A stretch of 64,000 nt of DNA from Balanoglossus misakiensis (lineage: Eukaryota > Animalia > Hemichordata). The stretch spans positions 9,619,200 to 9,683,199 of the forward strand of contig CM082593.2 in NCBI GenBank assembly GCA_040954595.2. Direction: 5' to 3'. The notes under the pieces are model-generated. The model made no database searches and was not told the DNA's origin. It saw only the letters and a program-made list of their open reading frames with translations. Position 1 is the stretch's first letter, and each line of letters begins with the position of its first letter. Both the position numbers and the translations under genes were made by a program. Below are positions 1 through 13,203 of the stretch, one piece after another.

Positions 1-1869
1 ATATTTAACACAGACCCTTTCAGAAATTACCATACATTATGTCATCATCGTTGGCAAATATTTGCAAAAAAAATGGGGGTCATATCATTCAGGGTCAGGA
101 TTTGACTTTTCCTTCTTGTTCACCTTTCATTTGAGCTTTTATTGCTGTAAATTTGTTACTATTTATCTGCTTTGAGATGCAACTGCACTTCAAAGCAGAT
201 ACATAACAACAAATCGGTATCACATTTCAGACCGATACACTTTCTCCCATCATGCATCATAAAAACTGCTCACATAATGAAATTCACGTAAAAGGCAATT
301 TTATTTAAAACATATAAAATGATTAAAGACAGTACATAGACAAAGAACAAAATGTTTTGTTTTTAAATGCACACCTAAAATAATACTCAAAGTCTAGCTT
401 CATTTAGTAACTCCAAAATACCATGAAACTTTACTTCATGATCATCTGACATCATCAGATCGCCTGCTTGCACCATTTTATCCTATTATGATTTGTGTTC
501 AAAACCATCATCTTGCCATGACTCTGTAGAAGAAAAAAAGAAAGAAAGTATTTAGTTTGGTCATCTCAAGCACTTATCTTTGACTGCGGTGTCTATGAGC
601 TGCAACTTTGGCGAATTCTGAACCCACTGGCACAGTTTATGTAGAGTGGGCCGTAAACACCTTCACCTTGAACACAGTGAAACGTCAGCCTGTTCTATTT
701 TTAACTTTGTCGCCAACATGACAGTGCACTGTTTATAATCTACGTCCCCCATTGTTTTTATATTATGGGTGAAAATGTCTCATTTGCATTCAACAAATTG
801 GGCCATGGGAAATGTCTTCACACCTTCCAATTGTTTACTTTGTTATCTGTCATGTTGACAAAAAAACATACAGATTCAATGTGTTGTTATCGCAACCAAG
901 GTCAAATAGTTATGACTGAATAGTTGCTCACTATCACGCGTAATAGCATGGTTATAGCTACCAAGTATCCAAGCTCAGTAGCTGCTAAAATATCTGAACG
1001 TCAGCTATTCTGGCAATCCAGCAATCCCGCGCTTATATGCATCTTGTCAACCATGAAACACCAAGCTGTAGCGCACACATGGAAATCAACCCAGTTTGTT
1101 TACCTTTTGTTTTAGCTAATCCTCAAGGCCTTTGATCTTGGCCGATGTTCCGCGTCTTTTTTCTCTACGGGTTATGCTCAATGTTATAAAACTTCACATA
1201 CTACACCAAATTGAATGAATAGTCTAAGAATAAAAGAGATATACTTACTCGTTGGTTGTATCAGATGAATCTTCTATGGTTACATAAAGCTGAGTGCTTT
1301 ACCTGCCGCTGCAAAGTAAAACAAGGGACATTGAGATAACAATACAAATGCTTGGTGGAAATGTCAAATTGTCAATCAAAACCTGTTTCTACATAGACAT
1401 GCTTGATGCACTAATGCAAACGGCAGAAATAAAAAGGACTCGGACTAACAACGAGTAGAAATAGTGTCAAAACACAGACACATGGGTGGTGTGGATATGG
1501 ACAAGACCAAAACACGATGTATGTTTAAACTTACAAAAATCATACGATCCGGTCTTCCTTTGTTGGTGCATAGATTACCACCGCCGCATGTCGATTTTCC
1601 CTCAAAGACTTCTGTTCTGCGTCCAGACTATCAAGTTTCTGTGACAACTCTTCGTTTGCTTTGTCTGGTGTTGAAACTAACTTATGCACACGGTTGACGG
1701 CGTTCTGTGACTGCCAGCGGTGCTGGTGTTTCTGTGTACCGGAGGTGGACGTCGTAAAACGTCGTAAAACAACCAGCGTTTTGCGACATAAAGTGGCCGC
1801 AGAAGTGCGACCCAGATCTTTCATCAAACTTTTGAAAGCGTTTGCTTTTAAAAACGGGTGGCCCAAATA

Positions 1870-2132
1870 ATCCTAATAATTAGCATGAATATACGTACAT
1901 ATACATGGACGTATACTGTAAGCACACTATTCGGTAGAAAATAACTACAAATACGTAGATCTGCAGAACGTATATGTAAGAGAACGTGTACATGATGTAT
2001 ACTTCACATATTTGTACACATATCTAGCAGCTTGTTTTTGTTACGTAAATGCTCGTATATGAAACGTATATGTCAAATATACAAACTTAGTAGTTTTACG
2101 TATATTGTCGTATATCAATCATTTTGCCCAGT
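1870..2132 (-). mobile_element. Possible terminus of a CACTG/EnSpm-like DNA transposon (other end outside the window)
   Basis: The reverse strand starts CACTGGGCAAAA at 2132 and is followed by many ATATACG/TACGTA subterminal motifs. Composition changes right of 2132. The partner TIR is not visible. Confidence 0.3.
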
Positions 2133-3074
2133 GTACACACAACACTTTTATTGATCATGAAAAATGTTCATGAGAATTGTGTTATGGTACTTTTCGTGGC
2201 TCACGAACTGTGTTATGGGAAATCTGACAAGGAATCCAAACTGTACCACATACACAACACTTTTATTAAGCGTGGGAAATGGTCCTGAGAACAATATTCT
2301 CAGAGTTGACAAACTGTGTTATCTGCGTTATATTGATGTTGTCTAATTTACACGCCTGTACATTTATTTATACTCTGACTTTGAACTTAATAAGACAGCG
2401 CCTGCTAAGGTCAAGTTGCCACGTACACTTGTAATTAGCATAGGTAATGATCATGATAACTTCATTTTCAGAGCTGACAAACTGTGTTATGTGAAATTCA
2501 TGTTGCCTATTTCATGATAATGGCTTGTGGTACACAAGGGTTAACAGCAATCAGCAGTTGGTTGTATGATAGGTATGATGATTGGTTTACAAATGTGAAT
2601 GGTATAATAATGGGCAACACATGTGGAAGTGTTTAATAAACAGTTAACTAATGTGGTTATGGTTTGTGGTAAAATTGAGTGTACACAGATTATAATGGGC
2701 CAAAACGATGAATATAATAAAGGTTAATGATGGTGAAGGGTTTCATGTGAATGATGTAATAAAGGTTAACAAATGTGGTGATAGTTTTGGTGTACAGGGC
2801 TGTTGATATCTATAGTAATGACAAAGGTATAATAATGATAAAAGCTTAAAAAAGTGTTGGGGTATATTCATCATGATGGTTCATTCATTGGTTAATGTGT
2901 ATATTTTATGAATAACATGCTATAGTTTATCAGTTAGATCATAATCAGGGTATTTCCATGCATATTGTCATCATGATTCAGTGGAATTCTTCGGAATAGT
3001 ACCTTGTGATCATTTTCGAGCACTGACGCATTGTACGCCACAGACATGCAGAAAATATTAACATGTAACTCACA

Positions 3075-3690
3075 GGCATAATGTTAAATCTAAACGACTA
3101 TATGTTAGGTTAATTTTACCTCCCCACGTACCCCATCCTAATTCCAAATTTAGCTTGCTGTGAGGTTTTTGGGTAGTACCGATCAGGAAACTTACAAGGC
3201 TCATTCACTGTGTCCAATATTGGATTTGACACACTGTGTCTGGGGTGGGTAAAGCATGGTGAAATGTTGGCGGTAAACTTTAACCAGGCAGGTCACATGA
3301 AAGGAATTTAACTGTACATAGGTTATAAATGGTTAACAGCATTTGCTTGTATGAAGGGTATGATCATAGGGTAACAAATGTGAATGGTATAAAAATGTAT
3401 AATAGTAGGTTTATAATAAGATGATTGCTTGTGTTCACAGGTTACAGTGGGTAAATGACATGATGTCATAATGTTAAATCTGAACGATTATATGCTAGGT
3501 TAGCTTTACCTCCCCAGCCTATTCAAATTCGAAATTTAGCTTGCCATGCAGTTTTCGGGTAGTACCAATTGGGAAACTTTCAAGGTTTATTCATTAAACC
3601 AAATATTGGATTTGACACACTGTGTCTGGGGTGGGTAAAGCATGGTGAAATGTTGGCAGTAAACTTTAACCAGACAGGTCACATGTAAGA
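3075..3690 (+). repeat. Diverged direct duplication (~230-bp segments, ~390 bp apart)
   Basis: ATGTTAAATCT...GGATTTGACACACTGTGTCTGGGGTGGGTAAAGCATGGTGAAATGTTGGC...CAGGTCACATG occurs at ~3080-3300 and ~3470-3686. Confidence 0.75.
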
Positions 3691-6350
3691 TATGTCAGTT
3701 TTGACACCTTTTTTGCAGACGTAGATGCTGATATTTTTTTTTTCCCATTTGACAAAGTAGGCAAAGTCCAGTCTGTGTTTAAAATGATACCCTGGTCACA
3801 CACAGTGAGAAATGTCAGCCTTTGACTACCATGTTAAATTATCTAATTTATGCATTGTTAATCATGCACTGTGATGTTTACTGCAGGTAAATTTTTTCCC
3901 CTGTGGAAACTTACTATGCTTTGAATACATGTTCCCTAATGGGGTGTTGAAGGATACAGTAGGATCTGTTTCTGTAGCAAATGATTTTTCTGAACTTTTG
4001 CAAAGTCGAAATTTCAGGACCCATGATTTTTTTTCACAAAATGAAGAAATTTTGAAATTTCGCAAAATCGATTTTTTTTTTATTTTTGGGTGATTTTTAT
4101 GACCCATGATTTTTTTTTCAAAAATGAAGATATTTTGAACTTTCGCAAAGACGAAAAATTGTCATTTTTGGATGATTTTCAAGAGTTATAACGCATGATT
4201 TTTATCTTCAAAAATGTGACGAAATTTTGAACTTTCGCAAAGTCGAAAAATACTCATGTTTGGACAATTTTCATGAGCTATAACGCATGATATTTTTCTT
4301 TAAAAATGTGAAGAAATTTTGAACTTTCGAAATGTGGAAAAATTGTAATTTCAGGATGATTTTCATGAGCTAAAACCCATTATTTTTTTCAAAAAGCGAA
4401 GAAATTTTGAACTTTCGCAAAGTCGAAAAATTGTAATTTTTTGATGGTTTTCATGAGCTGTAACCATGATTTTTTTCAAGAAAACGAAGAAATTTTGAAC
4501 TTTCGCAAAGTCGAAAAATTGTTATTTTTGGATGATTTTCGAGAGCTAAAACCCATGTTTTTTTTTTCAAAAATGTGAAGAGATGTTGAACTTTCGCAAA
4601 GTCGAAATATTGTCATTTTGGACGATTTTCAGGACTATAACCCATGATTTTTTTTTAAAAGTGAAGAAATTTAGAAATTTCGCAAATATGAAAAATTGTC
4701 ATTTTTGGATGATGTTCATGAGCTATAACCCATGATTTTTTTCTTCAAAAATGTGAAGAAATTTTGAACTTTCGCAAAGTCGAAAAATTGTTATTTTTGG
4801 ATGATTTTCGAGAGCTAAAACCCATGTTTTTTTTTTAAAAAAGTGAAGAAATGTTGAACTTTCGCAAAGTCTAAAAATAGTCATTTTTGCACGATTTTCA
4901 GGACCTATAAGCCATGATTTTCTTCAAAAAATGAAGAAATTTTGAAATTTCGCAAAGTCGAAATTTTTTTATTTTTAGGTGATTTTTATGACCCATGATT
5001 CTTTCAAAAAATGAAGAAATTTTGAACTTTCAAAATGTGGAAAAATTGTCATTTTTGGATGATGTTCATGAGCTATAACCCATGATTTTTTTCAAAAAAT
5101 GAAAACAATTTGAAATTTCGCAAAGTCGAAAAATCGTAATTTTTGATGGTTTTCATAAGCTGTAACCCATGATTTTTTTCACGAAAACCTAGAAATTTTG
5201 AACATTCACAAAGTCAAACAATAGTTATTTTTTGATGGTTTTCATGAGCTGTAACCCATAATTTTTTTCAAGAAAACGAAGAAATTTTGAACTTTCGCAA
5301 TGTGGAAAAATTGTCATTTTTGGATGATTTTCATGAGCTATAACCCATGATTTTTTTCAAAAAAGTGAAGAAATTTAGAAATTTCGCAAAGTCGAAAAAT
5401 TGTCATTTTTGGATGATGTTCATGAGCTATAACCCATGATTTTTTTCTTCAAAAATGTGAAGAAATTTTGAACTTTCGTAAAGTCGAAAAATTGTTATTT
5501 TTGGATGATTTTCGAGAGCTAAAACCCATGTTTTTTTTTCAAAAATGTGAAGAGATGTTGAACTTTCGCAAAGTCGAAATATTGTCATTTTGGACGATTT
5601 TCATGACTATAACCCATGATTTATTTTAAAAAAGTGAAGAAATTTAGAAATTTCGCAAAGTCGAAAAATTGTCATTTTTGGATGATGTTCATGAGCTATA
5701 ACCCATGATTTTTTTCTTCAAAAATGTGAAGAAATTTTGAACTTTCGCAAAGTCGAAATATTGTCATTTTTGGACGATTTTCAGGACATATAACCCATGA
5801 ATTTTTTTCAAAAATGTGAAGATATTTTGAACTTTCGCAAAGTCGAAATATTGTCATTTTTGGACGATTTTCATGACCCATGATTTTTTTTTAAAAAGTG
5901 AAGAAATTTTAAACTTTCGCAATGTGGAAAAAATTATCTTTTTAGGATGATTTTCATGAGCTAAAACCCATTATTTTTTTCAAAAAAGCGAAGAAATTTT
6001 GAACTTTCGCAAAGTCGAAAAATTGTAATTTTTTGATGGTTTTCATGAGCTGTAACCATGATTTTTTTCAAGAAAACGAAGAAATTTTGAACTTTCGCAA
6101 AATCAAAAAAAATTTATTTTTGGATGATTTTCAAGAGCTAAAACACACAATTTTTTTTTCAAAAATGTGAAGAGATTTTGAACTTTCGCAAAGTCGAAAT
6201 ATTGTCATTTTGGACGATTTTCATGACCCATGATTTTTTTTCAAAAAAGTGAAGAAATTTTGAACTTTCGCAAAGTCGAAATTTTTTTATTTTTGGGTGA
6301 TTTTTATGACCCATTATTTTTTCAAAAAATGAAGACATTTTGAACTTTTG

Positions 6351-6945
6351 GTGCATGCTTTTGCAGAGTGCTTTGGTTGGTAAAGCCAGAGAGGTTTACA
6401 TACAATTGTCAGTTGAGCAAGCTTCTGATTATAACACTGTTAAAGAATTAATACTTAAGGGCTACGAGTTGGTCCCGGAAGCTTACCGTCAGAAGTTTCG
6501 AGATTGTGAGAAAGCAAGGGATCAAACTTATGTTGAATTCGCTCGAACAAAAGAGCAGCTGTTTGACCGTTGGTGTTTTTCTGAGAAGGTTGATGATAAA
6601 TTTGAAAAGCTACGACAGCTTGTCTTGATTGAAGAGTTCAAAAAATGTATACATGGGGATATCAGAACATTTATCGGGGAACAAAAAGCAGTAACGTTGG
6701 ACGTTGCTTCACGTTTGGCCGATGATTATTCATTGATTCATAAAACACAGGTTGTCAACAAACCATCCCAGTCATTTTCATATAGAAATAACACAGGGAA
6801 ATTTAACTCGCTGTCTCCAAAAGATAGTCAGTTTTCGTACAAATCAAATAGCAGTTCACAAAGTTCCCGTGTGAACTCAAAGCCTACCGATGTCAAGCCA
6901 CAAGTTCCCCCTACTGGAAGGCATTTTGGTACCATCACTTGTCAT
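6351..6945 (+). pseudogene. Internal fragment of a Ty3/Gypsy (Gmr1-like) gag with a SCAN-like capsid domain
   Basis: LLQSALVGKA...YELVPEAYRQKFR...QTYVEFARTKEQLFDRWC...LRQLVLIEEFK...LADDY is typical of this gag class. The fragment ends at the start of a zinc knuckle (ITCHF). Both ORF ends are satellite-derived. Confidence 0.85.
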
Positions 6946-9900
6946 TTTTGGATGATGTTCATGAGCTATAACCCATGATTTTTTTCTTCAAAAATGTGAA
7001 GAAATTTTGAACTTTCGCAAAGTCGAAAAATTGTTATTTTTGGATGATTTTCGAGAGCTAAAACCCATGTTTTTTTTTTTCAAAAATGTGAAGAGATGTT
7101 GAACTTTCGCAAAGTAGAAATATTGTCATTTTGGACGATTTTCATGACTATAACCCATGATTTTTTTTAAAAAAGTGAAGAAATTTAGAAATTTCGCAAA
7201 GTCGAAAACTTGTCATTTTTGGATGATGTTCATGAGCTATAACCCATGATTTTTTTCTTCAAAAATGTGAAGAAATTTTGAACTTTCGCAAAGTCGAAAA
7301 CTTGTTATTTTTGGATGATTTTCGAGAGCTAAAACCCATGTTTTTTTTTTTTAAAGTGAAGAAATGTTGGACTTTCGCAAAGTCTAAAAATAGTCATTTT
7401 TGCACGATTTTCAGGACCTATAAGCCATGATTTTCTTCAAAAAATGAAGAAATTTTGAAATTTCGCAATGTGGAAAAAATTATCTTTTTAGGATGATTTT
7501 CATGAGCTATAACCCATGATTTTTTTCAAAAAAGTGAAGAAATTTAGAAATTTCGCAAGGTCGAAAAATTGTAATTTTTTGATGGTTTTCATGAGCTGTA
7601 ACCCATTATTTTTTTCTCCAAAAAGTGAAGAAATTTAGAAATTTCGCAAAGTCGAAATTTTTTTATCTTTGGGTGATTTTTATGACCCATGATTTTTTTC
7701 AAAAAATGAAGACATTTTGAACTTTCAAAATGTGGAAAAATTGTCATTTTTGGATGTTGTTCATGAGCTATAACCCATGATTTTTTTCAAAAAATGAAAA
7801 CAATTTGAAATTTCGCAAAGTCGAAAAATCGTAATTTTTGATGGTTTTCATAAGCTGTAACCCATGATTTTTTTCACGAAAACCTAGAAATTTTGAACAT
7901 TCACAAAGTCAAACAATAGTTATTTTTTGATGGTTTTCATGAGCTGTAACCCATAATTTTTTTCAAGAAAACGAAGAAATTTTGAACTTTCGCAATGTGG
8001 AAAAATTGTCATTTTTGGATGATTTTCATGAGCTATAACCCATGATTTTTTTCAAAAAAGTGAAGAAATTTAGAAAGTTCGCAAAGTCGAAAAATTGTCA
8101 TTTTTGGATGATGTTCATGAGCTATAACACATGATTTTTTTCTTCAAAAATATGAAGAAATTTTGAACTTTCGTAAAGTCGAAAAATTGTTATTTTTGGA
8201 TGATTTTCGAGAGCTAAAACCCATGTTTTTTTTTCAAAAATGTGAAGAGATGTTGAACTTTCGCAAAGTCGAAATATTGTCATTTTGGACGATTTTCATG
8301 ACTATAACCCATGATTTATTTTAAAAAAGTGAAGAAATTTAGAAATTTCGCAAAGTCGAAAAATTGTCATTTTTGGATGATGTTCATGAGCTATAACCCA
8401 TGATTTTTTTCTTCAAAAATGTGAAGAAATTTTGAACTTTCGCAAAGTCGAAAAATTGTTATTTTTGGATGATTTTCGAGAGCTAAAACCCATGTTTTTT
8501 TTTCAAAAAAGTGAAGACATTTTGAACTTTAGCAAAGTCGAAAAATAGTCATTTTTGGACGATTTTCAGGACCTACAACCCATGAATTTTTTTCAAAAAT
8601 GTGAAGATATTTTGAACTTTCGCAAAGTCGAAATATTGTCATTTTTGGACGATTTTCATGACCCATGATTTTTTTTTTAAAAGTGAAGAAATTTTGAACT
8701 TTCGCAATGTGGAAGAAATTATCTTTTTAGGATGATTTTCATGAGCTAAAACCCATTATATTTTTCAAAAAAGCGAATAAATTTTGAACTTTCGCAAAGT
8801 CGAAAAATTGTAATTTTTTGATGGTTTTCATGAGCTGTAACCATGATTTTTTTCAAAAAACGAAGAAATTTTGAACTTTCGCAAAATCAAAAATTTTTTA
8901 TTTTTGGATGATTTTCAAGAGCTAAAACACACAATTTTTTTTTCAAAAATGTGAAGAGATTTTGAACTTTCGCAAAGTCGAAATATTGTCATTTTGGACG
9001 ATTTTCATGACCCATGATTTTTTTTCAAAAAAGTGAAGAAATTTTGAACTTTCGCAAAGTCGAAATTTTTTTATTTTTGGGTGATTTTTATGACCCATTA
9101 TTTTTTCAAAAAATGAAGACATTTTGAACTTTTGCAAAGTTGAAAAATTGTCATTTTTGGATGATGTTCATGAGCTATAACCCATGATTTTTTTCAAAAA
9201 AGTGAAGAAATTTAGAAATTTCGCAAAGTCGAAATATTTTTATTTTTGGGTGATTTTTATGACCCATGATTTTTTTCAAAAAATGAAGACATTTTGAACT
9301 TTCAAAATGTGGAAAAATTGTCATTTTTGGATGATGTTCATGAGCTATAACCCATGATTTTTTTCAAAAAATGAAAACAATTTGAAATTTCGCAAAGTCG
9401 AAAAATCGTAATTTTTGATGGTTTTCATAAGCTGTAACCCATGATTTTTTTCACGAAAACCTAGAAATTTTGAACATTCACAAAGTCAAACAATAGTTAT
9501 TTTTTGATGGTTTTCATGAGCTGTAACCCATAATTTTTTTCAAGAAAACGAAGAAATTTTGAACTTTCGCAATGTGGAAAGATTGTCATTTTTGGATGAT
9601 TTTCATGAGCTATAACCCATGATTTTTTCAAAAAAGTGAAGAAATTTTGAACTTTCGCAATGTGGAAAAAGTGTATCTTTTGATGATTTTCATAAGCTAT
9701 AACCCATGATTTTTTCAAAAATGTGAAGATATTTTGAACTTTCGCAAAGTCGAAATATTGTCATTTTTGGATGATTAGCATGAGCTATAACGCATGATTT
9801 TTTTCTTCAAAAATGTGAATAAATTTTGAACTTTCGCAATACTGAAAAATTGTAATTTTGGATGATTTTCATAAGCTATAACCCATGATTTTTTTCAAAA

Positions 9901-10594
9901 AGCGAAGAAATTTTGAACTTTCGCAAAGTCGAAAAATTTTAATTTTTTGATGGTTTTCATGAGCTGTAAACCATAATTTTTTTCAAGAAAATTATCTTTT
10001 TAGGATGATTTTCATGAGCTATAACCCATGATTTTTTTCAAAAAAGTGAAGAAATTTAGAAATTTCGCAAGGTCGAAAAATTGTAATTTTTTGATGGTTT
10101 TCATGAGCTGTAACCCATTATTTTTTTTTCCAAAAAGTGAAGAAATTTAGAAATTTCGCAAAGTCGAAAAATTGTTATTTTTGGTTCAAAAATGTGATGA
10201 GATGTTGAACTTTCGCAAAGTCGAAATATTGTCATTTTGGACGATTTTCATGACTCATGATTTTTTTTCAAAAAAGTGAAGGAATTTTGAATTTTCGCAA
10301 AGTCTAAAAACAGTCATTTTTGGACGATTTTCAGGACCTATAACCCGTTATTTTCTTCAAAAAATGAAGAAATTTTGAATTTTCGCAAAGTCGAAAAATT
10401 CTCATTTTTGGATGATGTTCATTAGCTATAACCCATGATTTTTTTCTTCAAAAATGTGAAGAAAATTTGAACTTTCGCAATGTGGACAAATTGTCATTTT
10501 TGGATAATTTTCATGAGCTATAACCCATGATTTTTTTCTTTTGAACTTTATGAAGGTAACCCATAATTTTTTTCAAGAAAACGAAGAAATTTTG

Positions 10595-11499
10595 AACTTG
10601 AAAACCGCTGCGCGTATCACCTCAATATTAGGTGTGTAGGTGCAGGCTGGGCTGTAGATGGGAGTTTGTCCAAACGAAGTTGCCAGGCCCAAAAATATGC
10701 AAATATGCTTGTAAAATGTGAAATTGATCAAAACTCTGTAAGTCAGCAACTACTGGTCAGATTGCTTTGAAAATTAGTATGTATGTACCTTATGTCAACC
10801 TCACACCGACCTGTAAGTGTTAAGTTGATATCATGGATGTTTTATTTTTTATGAATTTTTTAGTCTTTTTATTAAATTTATACCTTTACTTATACCTCTA
10901 TTGTTAAGCTATGTCCACGTCTTATTGTGGAATTCTGGTCTGTGCAATAGTCCTGTACAGTGACTGTCTATTGGTCAGTGAGCACAATGGGGCCAAAATA
11001 AAAGGTAAATTTTTGGGCTCACCTGTAACACCTGCTTAACACATTAATTATGTGCATACCTAATTCCGGGCTAACTAATAAGGCTAGAGGTTTCGTTCTT
11101 GTGGGACATGGACCAGTATAGGGTCAAAATTTCTTGCCCAAATTTTGCATGACCTCAGGTGACTTTTGACCTACTTTATCATATCTTGGCATCCAGAGCA
11201 GGTACAGACTTCGCGTTTGGAGGGTTGGGACTAAAATTGAAAAGCCAAAATTGGGGGTCACCTGTGACACCTGCATATCTCATTAATTATGTGCATACCT
11301 AATTCCAGGCTAACCAATAGGGCTATAGGTTTGGTTTTTGTTGAACATTGACCAGTATAGGGTCAAAATTTCTTGCCCAAATTTTGCATGACCTCAGGTG
11401 ACCTTTGACCTACTTTTCCATATCTTTGCATCCAGAGCAGATATGCTTATTGCTATGTTGCTATGTCCTCAAATGGGACCACAGTGTCCTTGACGCTAT
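10595..11499 (+). mobile_element. Helentron-associated non-autonomous element (HINE/DINE-1-like), family A, 5'-truncated
   Basis: Matches the 38910 copy from AACTTGAAAACCGCTG onward. Contains ~2 239-bp units and ends AAATGGGACC-ACAGTGTCCTTGACGCTA-TTTTT. Confidence 0.8.
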
Positions 11500-12400
11500 T
11501 TTTTTAAAAAGTGAAGACATTTTGAACTTTCGCAAAGTCTAAAAATAGTCATTTTTGAACAATTTTCAGGACCTATAACCTATAACCCATGATTTTTTTT
11601 CAAAAATGTGAAAGTATTTTGAACTTTCGCAAAGTCGAAATATTGTCATTTTTTGATGATTTTCAAGAGCTAAAATCCATGATTTTTTTCAAAAAAGTGA
11701 AGACATTTTGAACTTTCGCAAAGTCGAAAAATTGTAATGTTTTGATGGTTTTCATGAGCTGTAACCCATGACTTTTTTCAAAAAAGCGAAGAAATTTTGA
11801 ACTTTCGCAAAATCGAAAAATTGTAATTTTTTTGATGGTTTTCATGAGCTGTAACCCATGACTTTTTTCAAAAAATGAAGAAATTTTGAACTTCGCAAAG
11901 TCGAAAAATTGTAATGTTTTGATGGTTTTCATGAGCTGTAACCCATGATTTTTTTTCAAGAAAACGAAGAAATGTTGAACTTTCGCAAAGTCGAAAAATT
12001 GTTATTTTTGGATGATTTTCTCTTGAAAATCATCGAAAAATAACCCATGCTTTTTCTTCCAAAAATGTGAAGAGACGTTGAACTTTCGCAAAGTCGAAAT
12101 ATTGTCATTTTTGGACGATTTTCATTACCCATAATTTTTTTTTCAAAAAGGTGAAGAAATTTTGAACTTTCGCAAAGTCTAAAAATAGTAATTTTTGCAC
12201 GATTTTCAGGACCTATAACCCATGATTTTCTTCAAAAAAATGGAGAAATTTTGAAATTTCGCAAAGTCGTATTTTTTTTTATTTTTAGGTGAATTTTATG
12301 ACCCATGATTTTTTTCAAAAAAGTGAAGAAATTTTGAACTTTCGCAAAGTCGAAAAATTGTAATTTTCTGATGGTTTTCATGAGCTGTAACCCATTATTT

Positions 12401-13064
12401 TGTAGCGGTTGAATTATCAGTCTTCGCTATATTTCTGGGGACGTACGTAGATTGCATTGGTATAGACGCGATTTGATAATAGTTTGGGCATAGCAGAAAC
12501 TGTTCACGTGACACTTTCCCGCGCTATCCATATTTGGTAGTTAGTTTGATACTTTTCTGCGAGTTTCTATTGGCTGACATGCCTTGTTTTCGTTGTTGAG
12601 TTTTGGGGCAGAGAGAGAGAGTAAGTTACCGTAATGGCGAAGTAGCAGTGTGTGCAGAGAGACGCGAGGAGAAAGGGTAAGAAACTCGAGCAAGGACTAC
12701 GAGAGCCGTCTAGCGTGGCAAGCGCTGCTCTCAAAAGCTCGTAGTTTGCCGTTCCTAGTTCCGCGGGTGGGGAACTACAGTGGGGGAAGTTGTAACCGCA
12801 TTGCTGTGTGGACTGATAGTTTTGTGATAAATCCAGGCGTGTGAGGCCGCTAACCTTGCAGCGATCTCCCGGCCGCTTGAGAACTTTCTCGACCTAGGTA
12901 TGGACTTATCATTGGTGGCAGCGAAAATCTATGAACCCAGCCGGACACGTCACACTCGTGACTGTCGGCGTATGTGAATATTGGTGACAGCAGGACGGTG
13001 TACGAAATACCCGAGCATCCCGTGGCGTCCGACGGGCTGATCCGACGGCCGGACAAACGCCACA
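12401..13064. mobile_element. Solo LTR, copy 1 (internal ~140-bp deletion)
   Basis: TGTAGCGGTT...AAACGCCACA gives TG..CA ends with a short imperfect inverted repeat. Flanks are ATTT and ATTA. Near-identical to 18874-19678. Confidence 0.8.
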
Positions 13065-13203
13065 ATTATTTTCAGGAAAACGAAGAAATTTTGAACTTTC
13101 GCAATTTGGAAAAATTGTCATTTTTGGATGTTTTTCATGAGCTATAACCCATGATTTTTTTTCAAAAAAGTGAAGAAATTTAGAAATTTCGCAAAGTCGA
13201 AAA

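Larger units (their letters stand above)
3985..12400 (+). repeat. ~90-bp AT-rich satellite array, block 1 (interrupted at 6351-6938 and 10595-11499)
   Basis: Monomer ~TCAAAAATGTGAAGAAATTTTGAACTTTCGCAAAGTCGAAAAATTGTCATTTTTGGATGATTTTCATGAGCTATAACCCATGATTTTTT. GAACTTTCG recurs about every 80-92 bp. Confidence 0.97.
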
